Shown here: positions 15,809-31,000 of the stretch, piece after piece
Position numbering within the stretch: position 1 is the stretch's first letter
Layout of the letters: each line of letters begins with the position of its first letter
NCBI RefSeq assembly: GCF_009914755.1
Contig: NC_060934.1
Direction: 5' to 3' (one strand)
DNA from: the human T2T-CHM13v2.0 reference genome, Homo sapiens
DNA: 64,000 nucleotides
Position numbers and translations under genes: made by a program
The notes under the pieces: model-generated
What the model was told of the DNA's origin: nothing
What the model saw: only the letters and a program-made list of their open reading frames with translations
Database searches by the model: none

Positions 15809-16435
15809 AGAGGGATTTTCACATTCTCTATGTTATTTGACTTTTAAAAAACAAGGACTATGTATTAGGTAAAAATTTAATAAATATATTACCAGTCTGA
15901 TTTTCTTTGTAGGGGAAAGGGGGTAGAATTATGTTGTAATAGAATGAGAAGAAATGCTGGTTTACGCCTTTTTCCTCTTACTTGCCCCTTGAGACTCTGA
16001 CTATGGCAAAACTCTTGCATATTCATAGCCTGAGGCCTTAGTTGGCTGGCGCTACCTCCTCCATCCCCTGCCTCCTCCAGGCTGACAGCCAGCACTATTA
16101 AAACTAACAGGCAAGCAAGCAAATGGCAATGACTTTAGGCCTCCCTGGCAATGACTTAAAAACAGTTAAAAACAGTTTTAACACTGTTAAAATAAGCAGG
16201 CAAGCAAATGGCGATGACTTTGGGCTTCCCCAGACACGAATGGTACCTGTCTCTGGGACCTTCAAGATTTCCCAGCTCTCCCTGACCACTTTGTCTCCCA
16301 CTTCTTACCATGGTCCCAGTGCACCCTCCACTGTAGCGCTCATCACATTCTATGTCACTGTTTGTTTACATGTCAGCCTTCCTTACTCCTTGAAGGCAGA
16401 AGATGTGTCTCGGGTATTTCTTTTGTTTTTTTTGA

Positions 16436-16594
<159 letters not shown>

Positions 16595-16924
16595 TAGTAG
16601 AGATGGGGTTTCTCCATGTTGGTCAAGCTGGTCTCGAACTCCTGACCTCAGGTGATCTGCCTGCCTCGGCCTCCCAAAATTCTGAGCCACAGGTGTGAGC
16701 CATCTTGCCCAGCCTTGTCTCAGGTATTTCAAAACCCTCAGCACTTGGCCTAGGGCCTGGCACATAGTAAGACTTCATAAATGTTTGAATGAATGAATGT
16801 GTGACTATCCAGGATCTCAAACTTAGTTTCAGCATTTTGCTAATAAGCTCTCTTTGTCTCATCTGTTCTTTTCCTCCATGCTATGAAATAATCTAATTTG
16901 ACCAGCTTAGACTCAGTCTCTGAG

Positions 16925-18040
<1,116 letters not shown>

Positions 18041-18619
18041 GTGGCCGGGCATGGTGCCTCACACCTGTAATCCCAGCACTTTGGGAGGCTGAGGTGGGCA
18101 GATCACCTGAGATCAGTTCGAGACCGGCCTGGCCAACATGGCGAAATCCCATCTCTACTAAAAAAAACCAAAAATTAGCTGGGTGTGGTGGTGTGTACCT
18201 GTAATCCCAGCTACTCCGGAGGCTGAGGCAGGAGACTAACTTGAACCTGGGAGGCGGAGGTCGCAGTGAGCCAAGATTGCACCACTGCACTCCAGCCTGG
18301 GCGATAGAGCAAGACTCTGTCTCAAACAAAAAAAAAAAAGAGAGAAGAAAAGATTGCCCTCATTCCTTATTTTTGTGAGTAGAACCTCTGCCCAGTCTGG
18401 AGGTTCTGTCTAAACTTAAAATCTCAGCAATCCTGCTGCCACCACCCAATAACATAATTGTCAATATCCTTATAATCCCCTACCTGTGTACCTTATTTCA
18501 TAGTTTTCAAAGAGTTTTCCTATGTAATGTCTCCCAGTTGCCTATCAGACATATCTGCTGATTCCATCTTACCCATGAACAAAACTTCCTATGAATCATG
18601 AAGTTCAGAGTGTACATGA

Positions 18620-18943
<324 letters not shown>

Positions 18944-19107
18944 TAGTAGAGATGGGGTTTCACCGTGTTAGCCAGGATGGTCTCGATCTACTAACCTCGT
19001 GATCCACCCACCTTGGCCTCCCAAAGTGCTGGGATTACAGGCGTGAGCCACCGCACCCAGCCTGTTTTTCTTTTCTTTTTTTCTCTCTATCTTTTTTTTT
19101 TTTTTAG

Positions 19108-19374
<267 letters not shown>

Positions 19375-21480
19375 TGAGGCTGGCTGAGATGTATTTCAAT
19401 ATTTTCCTAATTTATATCTTGACAGGGAATGGCAACTAATATTTATTGAAAGCCTATTATACTCCAAGCACTGTACTACTAAATACCTAATTTGTTTTCC
19501 ACCAACCTCACAAAAGCAGATGTTATTCTCACTTGAGGAATCAAGGTTTAGAATGATTTAAGTATCTTGACCTATTTGCCAAAGATGCGTGGCTAATAAC
19601 TGGTAGCACCATCATTTGGATCAGACCACCTTATTCCAGGTCACACGCTCTTTCCATTATACAACTGTGCCTTCACTAAAATCGTGGTTCTATATGACAA
19701 AGTATCTTCTGACATCATTACAGCCACACAGGAACTCAGCCACAGACGCTTTCTGAACCTCCAATATATTTCTGCTCCTTTCTTTGTTGATTCTAGAAAT
19801 ACTGTCAAGCTTTCTTGACAAGCTCACTTCAACCTCTCCTATTAGTGCAATTCCACCAATCTATGGATAGAACCTTGAAATCCACTAAAAGAAAGCAGAG
19901 TAAAGAGAGGCATGCATTTCTTTACAACTAGTGATGGATTAAGAGCATCCAATTGATATTAATTGGCATGTAGCCATTAGGCATTAAAGGTTGAGGGTCT
20001 CTGCCCTCCTCCCCAGCTCCATGGTGACCAGACCCAGCCATTTCCTGGCTTAGAGCCTCTCCTATACAGGGCTAGTCCCAGGTGCACCTTTGAGATAACA
20101 ATAATGTCTCCTAAAACAAACAGCCATTATTTCTACACAAAGACCTTCAATGTTTCCTCCATCAACAAAAGGCTACAGCAATCCCTCCAAGAAGACAAAG
20201 GGCTGGAAGCCCTTTCATAAATATCATGATGATGGTGTGGGCCCAGTGGGAAGGGAGAGCCAGGAAGATAATTCTCCAGCACTTTCTCTGCTGAGGAATA
20301 GCTGGGACAGGACTGACTCCATCCCTCAGAAAGAGCTCTGAGTGATTAATCATTCCTAAACTATTCATAATGACAGTAATAACATTTCCCTAACCTGTGG
20401 AAAGAAAGAAAAATATTGAGCCATTACAGGATTGTCGTCAGGATCAAATGAGATGATACATGTGAAATCTCTGTGTAAGGTTTAAAGGATTGCACAATTT
20501 ACATTATTATTATCAGACAATTGATGGGTCACCCATATTGCCTGCATGAAAAAGATAACTCTATTTTAGCCAGATGAGATTCCAAATAGTCTTGGATTAT
20601 AGGTCCACCAGTTCCTAGAATAAAGCATAAGGGAGAAGAAACATGGTCAGTATGGTTGACCATGATAGTCTACTAGGGCTTGTCCCCTGCCAAATTGCTG
20701 TGCAGGTGATGGCTAACTTTGTTGGCTATTCTTTCCACTCCCAAGAGCCCAGATCTTGGAAATGAGGTCGCTGGTGGTTGATTCCTCACCTAGGGTCTAA
20801 TGGTCCAAGTTCCCCACTTTCCCTTTCCTCCTTTGTCCCCCTGAAAACATCTCTCATGCAATTTACACAAAAATAGATACACATTATAAATTAAAGCATG
20901 AGAAAAGTGTCCAACCTCATTGGTAATAAAAGGCAAGTAAATTAATGTGAGTTGTACCATCTTATACCTATTTAATAATAAAAATTATGAATGAGAACAT
21001 CCAATTTTGATGAGGTTGTGACAAAATTGATGTGATCTTATAGCACTAGTGGCATAATAAGTTTGTATAATCCCTTACAGAGGCAAAATGACAACACATA
21101 GCAAATACTAAGGAGATATTTCTATCTTTTGCCCTCGTGGTAATCTCTCTCCTTATCAATTCCCAAGGAAATAATTTAAAGAAGTGGGAAAAAAAAGCTG
21201 CAGCTATAGATACATTTACCATGATAGGCAAATACTGAAACAACCAGAGAAATGTTTTAGTTAATTGCAGTGTGACTGTAGTCCTTAAAATAAAAATATA
21301 AAAACTGGCTGGGCATGGTGGCTCACGCCTGTAATTCCAGCACTTTGGGAAACTGAGGCAGAGGGATGACTTGAGCTCAGGAGTTGAAGATCAGCCTAGA
21401 AAATATAGCAACACCCGACACAGGCACAGTGGCTCACGCCTGTAATCCCAGCACTTTGGGAGGTCGAGGTGGGTGGATCA

Positions 21481-21758
<278 letters not shown>

Positions 21759-21902
21759 TTAACATTAGCAGGGTGTGGTGGTGTGTCCCTGTAGTCCCAG
21801 CTACTTGAGAGGTTGAAGTGGGAGGATTGCTTGAGCCTAGGAGGTTGAGCTGTAGTGAGCTGAAATCGTGCCACTGCACTCCAGCCTGGGCAACAGAGTG
21901 AG

Positions 21903-21904
21903 AA

Positions 21905-21975
<71 letters not shown>

Positions 21976-22161
21976 GAGGGAGGGAGGGAGGGAGGGAGGG
22001 AGGGAGGGAGGGAGGGAGGAAGGAAAGAAAGAAAGAAGGAAAGCAAGCAAGCAAGCAAGAAGGCAGGCAGGCAGGGAGGGAGGGAGGGAGGGAGGGAAGG
22101 AAGCAAGCAAGGAAGGAAGGAAGGAAGGAAGGAAGGAAGGAAGGAAGGAAGGAAGGAAGGA
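21903..22161. repeat. Compound purine microsatellite (AAAG)n(GGGA)n(AAGC)n(AAGG)n
   Basis: Direct observation, at an Alu tail. Confidence 0.95.
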
Positions 22162-23468
22162 AATATGAAAACTACTGAGAGGCCAGGCACAGTGGCTCAC
22201 GCCTGTAATCCTAGCACTTTGGAAGGCTTGAGCCCAGGAGTTCGAGACCAGACTGGGCAACACGGGGAAGCCCCGTCTCTATGAAAAATACAAAAATTAA
22301 CCAGGTGTGGTGGTGCATGCCTGTAGACCCAGTTACTTTTAGGGCTGAGGTGGGAGGCTCACCTGAGAGTTTGAGGCTGGAGTGAGCTGAGGTTACACCA
22401 CCGCATAACAGCCTGAGCAACAGAGCAAGGCCCGGTCTCAAAACAACAACAACAACAACAAAAACAAAAACTACGGTGGCTCACACCTGTAATCCCAACA
22501 TTTTGGGAGGCCGAGGTGGGCCGATCACTTGAGGTCAGGAGTTCCAGACCAGCCTGGGCAACACGGTGAAACCCCGTCTCTACTAAAAATACAAAAATTA
22601 GCCGGGCATGGTGGTGGGCGCCTGTAATCCCAGGTACACGGGAGGCTGAGGCAGGACACTGCACTCCAGCCTGGGTGAAAGAACCAGACTCTGTCTCAAA
22701 AAAAAAAAACTACTTAGAAATATGATGAAATGTTATAAATGATGAAAGTATACAATATAATACAACTAGGTAAGAATGTATGCATAAACACCGGTAATAA
22801 GAAAAATGAAAAATTCTTTAATGTAGTGGTAGCCAACTATATTTTAAAATATTCTTTAATGTTTTTATATCATCTTTTAAATACACCAATAAAAAGAAAG
22901 AATAGTAGTTAGCTAGTAGAATTTCTCAATACTCTGCTTCTATTAGGGTAGGGCACGGAGTGGTCCTTGCTAAGATGTTGATGGGTATTAGTAAATTTAT
23001 GAGCAATACATTTCCAGATAGAGAGGCCATAGTAGACTCCAGTGGTTAAAAGCCTCGGGATTCAAATCAGGCAACCAATTGCTGAGTTGGATTCCTCTTT
23101 CTTCACTTGCTTGCATGAGTGGCCTTGAGCAAGCTGTTTGACTTTTCTAAATCTTTCTGATTTGTAAAATGGGAGTGATAGGCAGAACCAATTTCATAGA
23201 GTCATTGGAAGTAGTCAGTGAGATAAAGTACATAATATAGTGCTAGGTGCATTGAAAAATTATTCAATAAAGGTTTGTTGTTTGTGCTGTTAATAATGAT
23301 GATGGTGGTGGTGGCGGTTGTGATAAACTGAGGGCTTCCAGGGAAAGTACTTTCACTTAAAGGTCTGATGTCACTTAAAGGATGCTACTCAAATAATACT
23401 ATCCCTATATGTGGAGCCAACTAAAATTTTGAAAGGTAATTTTATGTTATTTATTGATTTACTTTTAA

Positions 23469-23815
<347 letters not shown>

Positions 23816-24349
23816 TAATGTTTCTTCAGATGTATACATCATGGAATGATCAAATCAGGCTAATTAACATATCCATCATCTCAAATGTTTCTTTGTGTTG
23901 AGAATATTTAAAATCATCTCTTTTAGCTATTTTGAAAGATATAATACATTATTATTAACTGCAATCATGAAAGTTATTTTTTCCAAGTTTCCACAAGCAG
24001 CACTGAAAAGTTGTTTTTAATACACTTTTTAAGATAAACTTTATTTATTTATTTATTTATTTTTTGAGACAGAGTCTTTCTCTGTCACCCAGTCTGGAGG
24101 GCAGTGGCATGATCTCAGCTCACTGCAACCTCCGCCTCCCAGGTTCAAGTGATTCTCCTGTCTCAGCCTCCTGAGTAGCTGGGATTACAGGTGCCCGCCA
24201 TCACGCCTGGCTAATTTTTGTATTTTTAATAGAGATGGGGTTTCACCATGTTGGCCAGGCTGGTCTCGAACTCCTGGCCTCAGGCAGTCTGTCCAGTTCA
24301 GTCTCCCAAAGTGCTGGGATTACAGGCATGAGCCACCGTGCCCAGCCCA

Positions 24350-24780
24350 CTTTATTTTTTTAGAGTAATTTTAGGTTCACAGCAAAATTGAATGAAAGGT
24401 GCAGAGATTTCCCATAGATCCCCTGTCCTCACATAAGTACAGCCTCCCCTGCTATCAACATCCAACACCAGGGTGGTACCTTTGTTATACAATGGACCTA
24501 CATTGACACATGACTATTACCTGAAGTCCACAGTGTACCTTAGGTTTTACTCTTGGTATTGTACATTGTGTGGGTTTTACGTAAAATGACAGGTATTCAC
24601 CATACAGAGTAGTTTCACTGCCCTAAAAATCCTCTGTGCTTTACCTATTCGTCCTTCTCTTTCCCCAACCCCTGGAAGCCACTGACAACTTTTAGTATCT
24701 CCATAGTTCTGTCTTTTCCACCATGGCATATAGTTGGAATTACACAGTATGTAACCTTTTCAGATTGGCTTCTCTCTTGA
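24350..24780 (-). mobile_element. L1MB-like 3' fragment
   Basis: ttttaggttcacagcaaaattgaatgaaaggtgcagagatttcccata text. Confidence 0.7.
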
Positions 24781-27700
24781 AAGGTATTTTTTTAATGAAC
24801 AGTCTAGAGGACCAGGTGAGGGTTTTGATTTTCGACTAGATAATACAAAGATAACTACTACCAGTGATTGTGTTTGGTTCTTTATGCATGTTATCTCCAG
24901 AAGATAAATGTTATTATCCTTATTGGTAGAACAATTGTTCAAGGTCACAAAGCCAGGAAGTAGAGGAGCTAGTATTTGAATCCAGTGTGTCTGACTCCAA
25001 TGTTTTTATGTTTTCATCATGCCACTGTGTTTACCTAATAATAAACACAGGTCCTGGAGCATTTGAACCCGGTCATGGGAACTGACATGGAAAAGCACAC
25101 TGGCACAGCTGCATGTCCAACTGCACGTCACTCCAGTTCTTAGAAAACAGCATCCTGATAGAGCAACACAACAGCCACCCCGCTTGGTGCCAGCTTTCAG
25201 GCTTATAACGTGTATTCCCAATCCTTAGGCAGGAGAGCTCAGTCAGCATACTGACTAGCCAAATTAAGTGGATCTGGTTCAGTGTTTCTTAACCTTTTTT
25301 GCATTATCCGTCTCCCCAAAAGTCTCTTTAGACATTTTCTTCCTAATCACTCCCAATTCCGATACTGCAGACAGACTCTACATTTGCTTATGTACCGTGA
25401 CTCTTCAGTGGCCCAAAAGCCATTGTAATACCTAAAGCATTCTTTTTGCCCTTGGAGAAACTATTTTTACACTCTTGGGGGCTACATCGTCCCCACTGAG
25501 AACCTATGGTCTAGATGCAGTTGGCCAGAGCTCAGGGAGCCTAATGGAGAGCTGAGACATCAGCGGGGTGAGGCCAGGACCTTGGAGAGCACCGAAGTGG
25601 CCCTCCTGAGGCCATTCCAAGGCTCCATGTCGCCTGAAAATATGTCTGAAAGGAAGAGGCAGGTAGAGGCAGGGGCTAGGAAACTAGTATTAGTATTATC
25701 TTACTAGATGTCGTAGGAATCATCAGAATGTGAAGGCCTCCTAATTCTCTTTCATAAAAAGTTCTTGTGGGGCCGGCACTTTGTGGGTGTGGACTTTAAT
25801 TCTCAAGGCCCAAGGCAGTTAAATGGCACATTTTCAGGTAGTCTAAGGATTTCAGGGTCTTTATTAAGAGTGCAATTCCACAGGACTTGGAGGTTTTCCG
25901 AGGTTTAAAGGTATCAGATTAATTCTTCCTTCCTCACCCTCCACTGCTGGCTGGGTTATGATGCCACATTTATAGTTTTACAGTGCCTGCTGTGACTTGA
26001 AGACAATAGGCACTATTTACCATGTGCCAGACAGACACTGTGCTAAGCATATTAGTGAGCTATTTTATTTAACCTGCTTAAGAATCTTCTCAGGTGGGTA
26101 TGATCATTGTCCAAGGATAAGAGAGGTTAGCAAACTTGCTCAGGATCACACAGCTGATAATTGGGGAAGCGCCAGACCTTGAACCCACATAGTCGACTTC
26201 AGAGCCTCACTGCTTAACCAGCATGCTATACTGCCACCAGATTGACTCAGTGGCCCTGGTAAGGTTTTTGTTTTTAAAAATCCCATTAATATCCTTAGCA
26301 CAGGACTATCATCTCCCCTACTCAACTTTCCCAGAGATACCTCTGTGACCCAAGGTTTATACTTCTGCCCTCTCCTCAGGAGAACTTAAAATTTGTCATG
26401 TCACTCCTATGCTTAAAACTTTTCAATAGCTCTCCCTGTCCCCCTCAGAATAAAGTCCAAATTCTTTCTCATGCCTTATAAGGCCCCTCATGATCGGCCC
26501 CTTCTTATAAGGCCAGACTTGTCGTCTTTTACCACTTTGCTTCTCAAACTCTCTGCTCCAGCCACGTTGATGCACTTTAACCAAACTGTGCCCTCTGTCC
26601 CTTTTGGGCCTTGGCACATGCTCTCCCCTCTTCCCAGAGACTTTCTTTCTATTCACCTCCCTTTCAAGGGGATAAATCCTCCATATCTCTCAGGTTTTAG
26701 CTCCGATATCACTTCCTCTGCATTTCCTCACAGATCCCCCAAATCTGGGTACAACAGAAATAATGGCATCACAGTACTCTGTGCTGGTCAGATTGTCCGT
26801 GGCATATTTTGTCCAGTGCCAGGCATCACATAGATGAAGTCTGCAGGCAGGCAACCAGTATGGAGAGCATTCTGAAATTGCTTTTAATATATGCCAGGCA
26901 CTGAGTTGATGATTTCATGGCTATTATCTCACATAATCCTATTGGATTGGGTAAGTACGATGAGGAAACTGAAATTCAAAGAAGTTAAGCAAATTGCTTG
27001 AGGGCCCTCAGATGGTGAATGGCAGTGCACAGTGTTTGACCCAAACCTGTGCAAATTTGGAGCCCATGCCTTCAATCCCTACATAATACCATCTCTGAAA
27101 ACCATAGTATTATGAATGACTAGTTTAAGAAAAGTACCATGATAAAATAGAAGTTATTTAACCTAGAGAACAGATGACCAAGGGCAAGCTATATTCATTC
27201 AAACAGTTGAAAGGTTGTCACTTCAGAGAGTAACAGGAACACCTCAGTAGTTGGCTTAATAGAAGAAAGTTCTGAAAAGGAAGTGAGCCTCTGAGGGGAA
27301 AGGCCCAAGTGTCTGTTATCTATGTGTTTCTCAGTCCAACGTCTGGCTCAGAGGAGGTGGCTCCATAAGAGGAAGGAAACAGAGCTGCCCAATAGTAGAA
27401 TGGGTTGCCTCATGAAACAGTGACAGCCCCGCTGACACTCCCCAGGTTGGGCTGGTTGGCCACCTGACAGAGCACCATGGGAAGGATCACAGAGAAAGGA
27501 TTCCACGTATTCTGCATCCTAAAATTAGATGAGCTCTAAACCCCTGTCTGCTCAAGGACTCTGTAATTACTGAACTAAGCCTGTGACTCAGATTTTGGCA
27601 AGTCACAGACCATCTGGCAATGCATCAGTGCACTGAGATCTTAGAAAGCAGAGAACATGAGTGGATTGGACTCCTGGACTTCCAGAACCCAAGCTTCCAC

Positions 27701-28559
27701 CCTTTCCAGCTCCATACAATGGAGTTAGAAATGGTTCACTGTAACTCTGGGGAGCTAGAAACAGTCCTGTTCCAGAGGCTAATCTGGAAAGAGAGACGTT
27801 TAAGTCATTTATAGAGAAAGGCTCTGCCTGTGGGTTTCAGCTGCTGTCACGGGATCTGAAAAAGGAGATGACTTCTCCTTGCTAGCAGATGGTTAGGACA
27901 AAAATAATCGATACGTCAACAAATGAATTTCTGACAGCCATTTGCTGAAAGGAATTGAAAGGGCCCCACAATATGTACATTGGGCCGGCCGTTGTTCCTC
28001 ACATGCACTGTGTCCTTTCACTCCCTGCAGAGTGGCCAGTGACAAACACAGAGGACTGTCCCCTCTGTCCAGCATGGAATGAGTTCCGATAGAGCACAGC
28101 CAGAACAAAGTGCTTTCTGCCAGCTTTCCTAGAGGGCTTGCACAAATGTGGGTGGCTCAAAAAATAAGACAACATTTCATCAACATTAATGTTATGAGAC
28201 TCTTTGACTCCACTTTCAAAAGATTTATGCACCCTGACAAGAACAGAGTATTGCGGAGCCTAGAACACCTACTAATGAGGGCATCTTAGTTGTACGATTC
28301 AACCTACAGCTTTAATCAAAACACAACCCCACACACAACTATATTAAACTAGGCAAACATCACTTGTGCAACTTTTGAAAGAAGTAATAAACCAAATACA
28401 AAGTTGCTGTCATTACCTACAAGTTTAATAGCATCTGTTTGGTCCAATTTTATTATTATTTACAGTTCTTTGACTCTATCTTCCCACAGTCGCCCTCCTA
28501 TCTTTTCACTTGCTTCTCTCAACTTAGAGATCAAAATTTCTCAGTTTGTGTCTATAGCT

Positions 28560-29280
28560 AGAGCCTCAATAAGCTTCCTCCAATGGCATGTGACATGGTG
28601 GTCTCTCACATGGGACCATCACCATACCATGTGTTTCCCTCCCTCTCTTAACAGGGATCTGAGATCTAAGGTCGCCTGGATCTTTTACTTCCTCTCTTTT
28701 TTCTTCCATCTTTTTCTCTGCCTCTAAAGAAACATGCATCGGATATAGTATAATAACTACGTGAAGCCCACCAAACTATCTTTCCAAACAGAAGGGAGTG
28801 GTTTTCCACTCTTTTTTTTTTTTTTGGAGACAGAGAGACAGAGTCTTGCTCTGTCCCCCAGGCTGGAGTGTAGTGGCACGATCTTGGCTCACTGCAACCT
28901 CTGCTCCTGGGTTCAAGCGATTCTCCTGCCTCAGCCTCCTGAGTAGCTGGGATTACAGGCACCTGCCACCCAGCTAATTTTTGTATTTTTAGTAGAGACA
29001 GGGTTTCGCCATGTTGGCCAAGCTGGTCTCAAAACTCCTGACCTCAGGTGATGTGCCCACTTCGGCCTCCCAAAGTGCTGGGATTACAGGCGTGAGCCAC
29101 CGTGCCAGCCCACTCTCTACAGAAGGGTAAAATATTTTCACCTTTCACCTTTTCAGCCAATAGAAAACAATGGCTGCCAAAAACTGGTTTCCCCTTGTAA
29201 TTCTTGACCAAACTGCCTTCCTCTACTGACAAATTCCTTTTAAACAAAATATCTTAAGCTGCAAAGGTAAATAGATGGGA
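28560..29280 (-). mobile_element. Possible Gypsy integrase core/GPY-F fragment D (split by Alu 28811-29110)
   Basis: CRE..TPF/LLFGKIV and DPGD...GP resemble YRE..SPFELLFGR and F.PGD..W.GPY; needs frameshifts. Confidence 0.4.
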
Positions 29281-29432
29281 TTGGAATATTGTTATCTAAA
29301 GTTCCCGGATATAGCCTGCTTACACAGATAGATGCTCGCTCCACAGATGTTGCCCACAGGAATGTTTATATATATAGTGCACACATAGATGTTTCTCACA
29401 GACAGATGTACACAAACACAGATGCTACTCAC

Positions 29433-29546
29433 GTAGACAGATGTCCACCAGGAACACAATATATACCAACAGCTCCCTCAGGGTGGTCTTGATATAAAGT
29501 TCCCGGTTCTCAGCTGTGTTCTCAGTCAGGGTTGTTCCCCAAAGTC
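29433..29546 (-). CDS. PKD2L1: PKD2L1 exon 2 (114 nt)
   Basis: ccccttag|GACTTTGG...TGTCTAC|gtgagt; translates (G)[37 protein letters not shown], including the pre-S1/S1 region. Confidence 0.97.
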
Positions 29547-30090
29547 CTAAGGGGCATGGGAGAGATGCCTGGGATGCTCAGTGGCAGTGTTCCTCCCAGT
29601 CATCCCCACCCATCTGTCTCTGGACTTTAGCCCCTTTCCACCCCTGCCCTTCCTTGCCCATCACCTTCATCCTTGGCTGAATCTGGCTACTGTACCCACA
29701 CCCATGCTTGCTCTTCCCATCAGCTCCCTGAGGTCGACAGGGGTGAAGGCCCTGGCTTGTAGAGAATGAAGGCATGGAAAGGAGGCACCTGTTCCAGGTG
29801 GGGTAGTCTAGGGCATCATCACATCCATGTCCTCCCTCAAACCAGCTCCCACATACCTCTCTGGATCCCCAGGTGATGACCATGCCAGGCTCCCACAACC
29901 GGTAGACCGCTCAGCTGGCCTCTGTGTTCTGGGTCATGCAGCACTACCATGGGCAATTCATACACCCCAAAGTGACACCGAAAGGTCACCTCTTCTTCAG
30001 ATCACATTCCACCCCCACCCCCTGCCCAAAAGCTTTTGGTGACTCCTCCTGATTCTAATATCCCAGGAGAACTGTCCCCCTATCTGGTAC

Positions 30091-30325
30091 CTCTGATGCC
30101 TTGACAGATATGGAGGCAGCAGCTGGACACCTGGGTCCTGTATGCCGTCTCCTGGGGTTCATCTTCAGGCTTCTTGGGTTGGGGCTGGAGAGGCCCCGTG
30201 CTGGAGATGGTGCAGACTCTCAGCGTCCCGTGTGGGGAAGGGGGACCACTGTAGGCGGGGTTGTCCCAGGCTCCACTCCCCAGCTTTTGCAGCTCCTGCC
30301 CCTCAGGACTTCCCACAGCATTCAT
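30091..30325 (-). CDS. PKD2L1: PKD2L1 exon 1 coding part (235 nt), TRPP-family cation channel
   Basis: [30 protein letters not shown]...[10 protein letters not shown]; donor AGAG|gtacca at 30091/30090; phase 1 matches exon 2. Confidence 0.97.
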
Positions 30326-31000
30326 GGGGAATGAGGTGGGGGGGCCCGGTACCCCAGGTGCCCACTCTCAGCTAGAGGAAGAGGGAGCAGAGGCACAGCC
30401 CAGCCTAGCCAGCAGAGAGCAAATGGAAAGGCGTCTGAGAGCAGCTGTTTCCACACAGCCTGGGCTCCTGCCTTTTGTAGGGGGATGTCTGTGCCTGCTG
30501 GGGAGGGAGCGGATGAGAGGACAGGGTGGGGAAGGACCATCAATCCTGTCAGGAGCTCTCTCTCCCTCTTGCTGCAAGCCCCAGGGGACCAGCCGAAAGG
30601 GGAGGTGAGGGAACTGGAAGGTGGGGGTTTGAAGAGGGGAGAGGGGAGAATAGGAGGAGGATGTGGAGCTGGGAGTGGAAGGAGAAACGGGAGGAAAAGG
30701 CGATGCTGGGGATGAAGGGGGCTGCTCGCAGATGTGCCTGGTGGAGAGATGGCCCAGAGGTCGGACAGAAGAGACGATCAAAGAGCAATGGGAGGAGCTG
30801 AGACAGGAGGGGAGCCGGGGGCCTGTGCTGCGGGTCTGAGCTCATTTCCACTAAAAGCTCCTAAAAGGGCCGACATGGATTGGGGTGGGGACCAAGGCTG
30901 GGAGGAAAGCTGAAGAGCGCTGTCCCCCTCCCAGGCTCTGCCCACCTCCCAGGTTCAGTCAATGGGTCTGAGGCTCCTGTCCTGTCTCACCTTCAGCTGT
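30326..31000 (-). promoter_or_regulatory. PKD2L1: PKD2L1 5'UTR / proximal promoter (TSS not determinable)
   Basis: Repeat-free, strongly GA-skewed sequence immediately upstream of the start codon; not a CpG island. Confidence 0.5.

Noticed and set aside
30101-30851. Multiple overlapping ORFs around PKD2L1 exon 1
   Set aside because: Alternative frames of a GC/GA-rich exon and leader.
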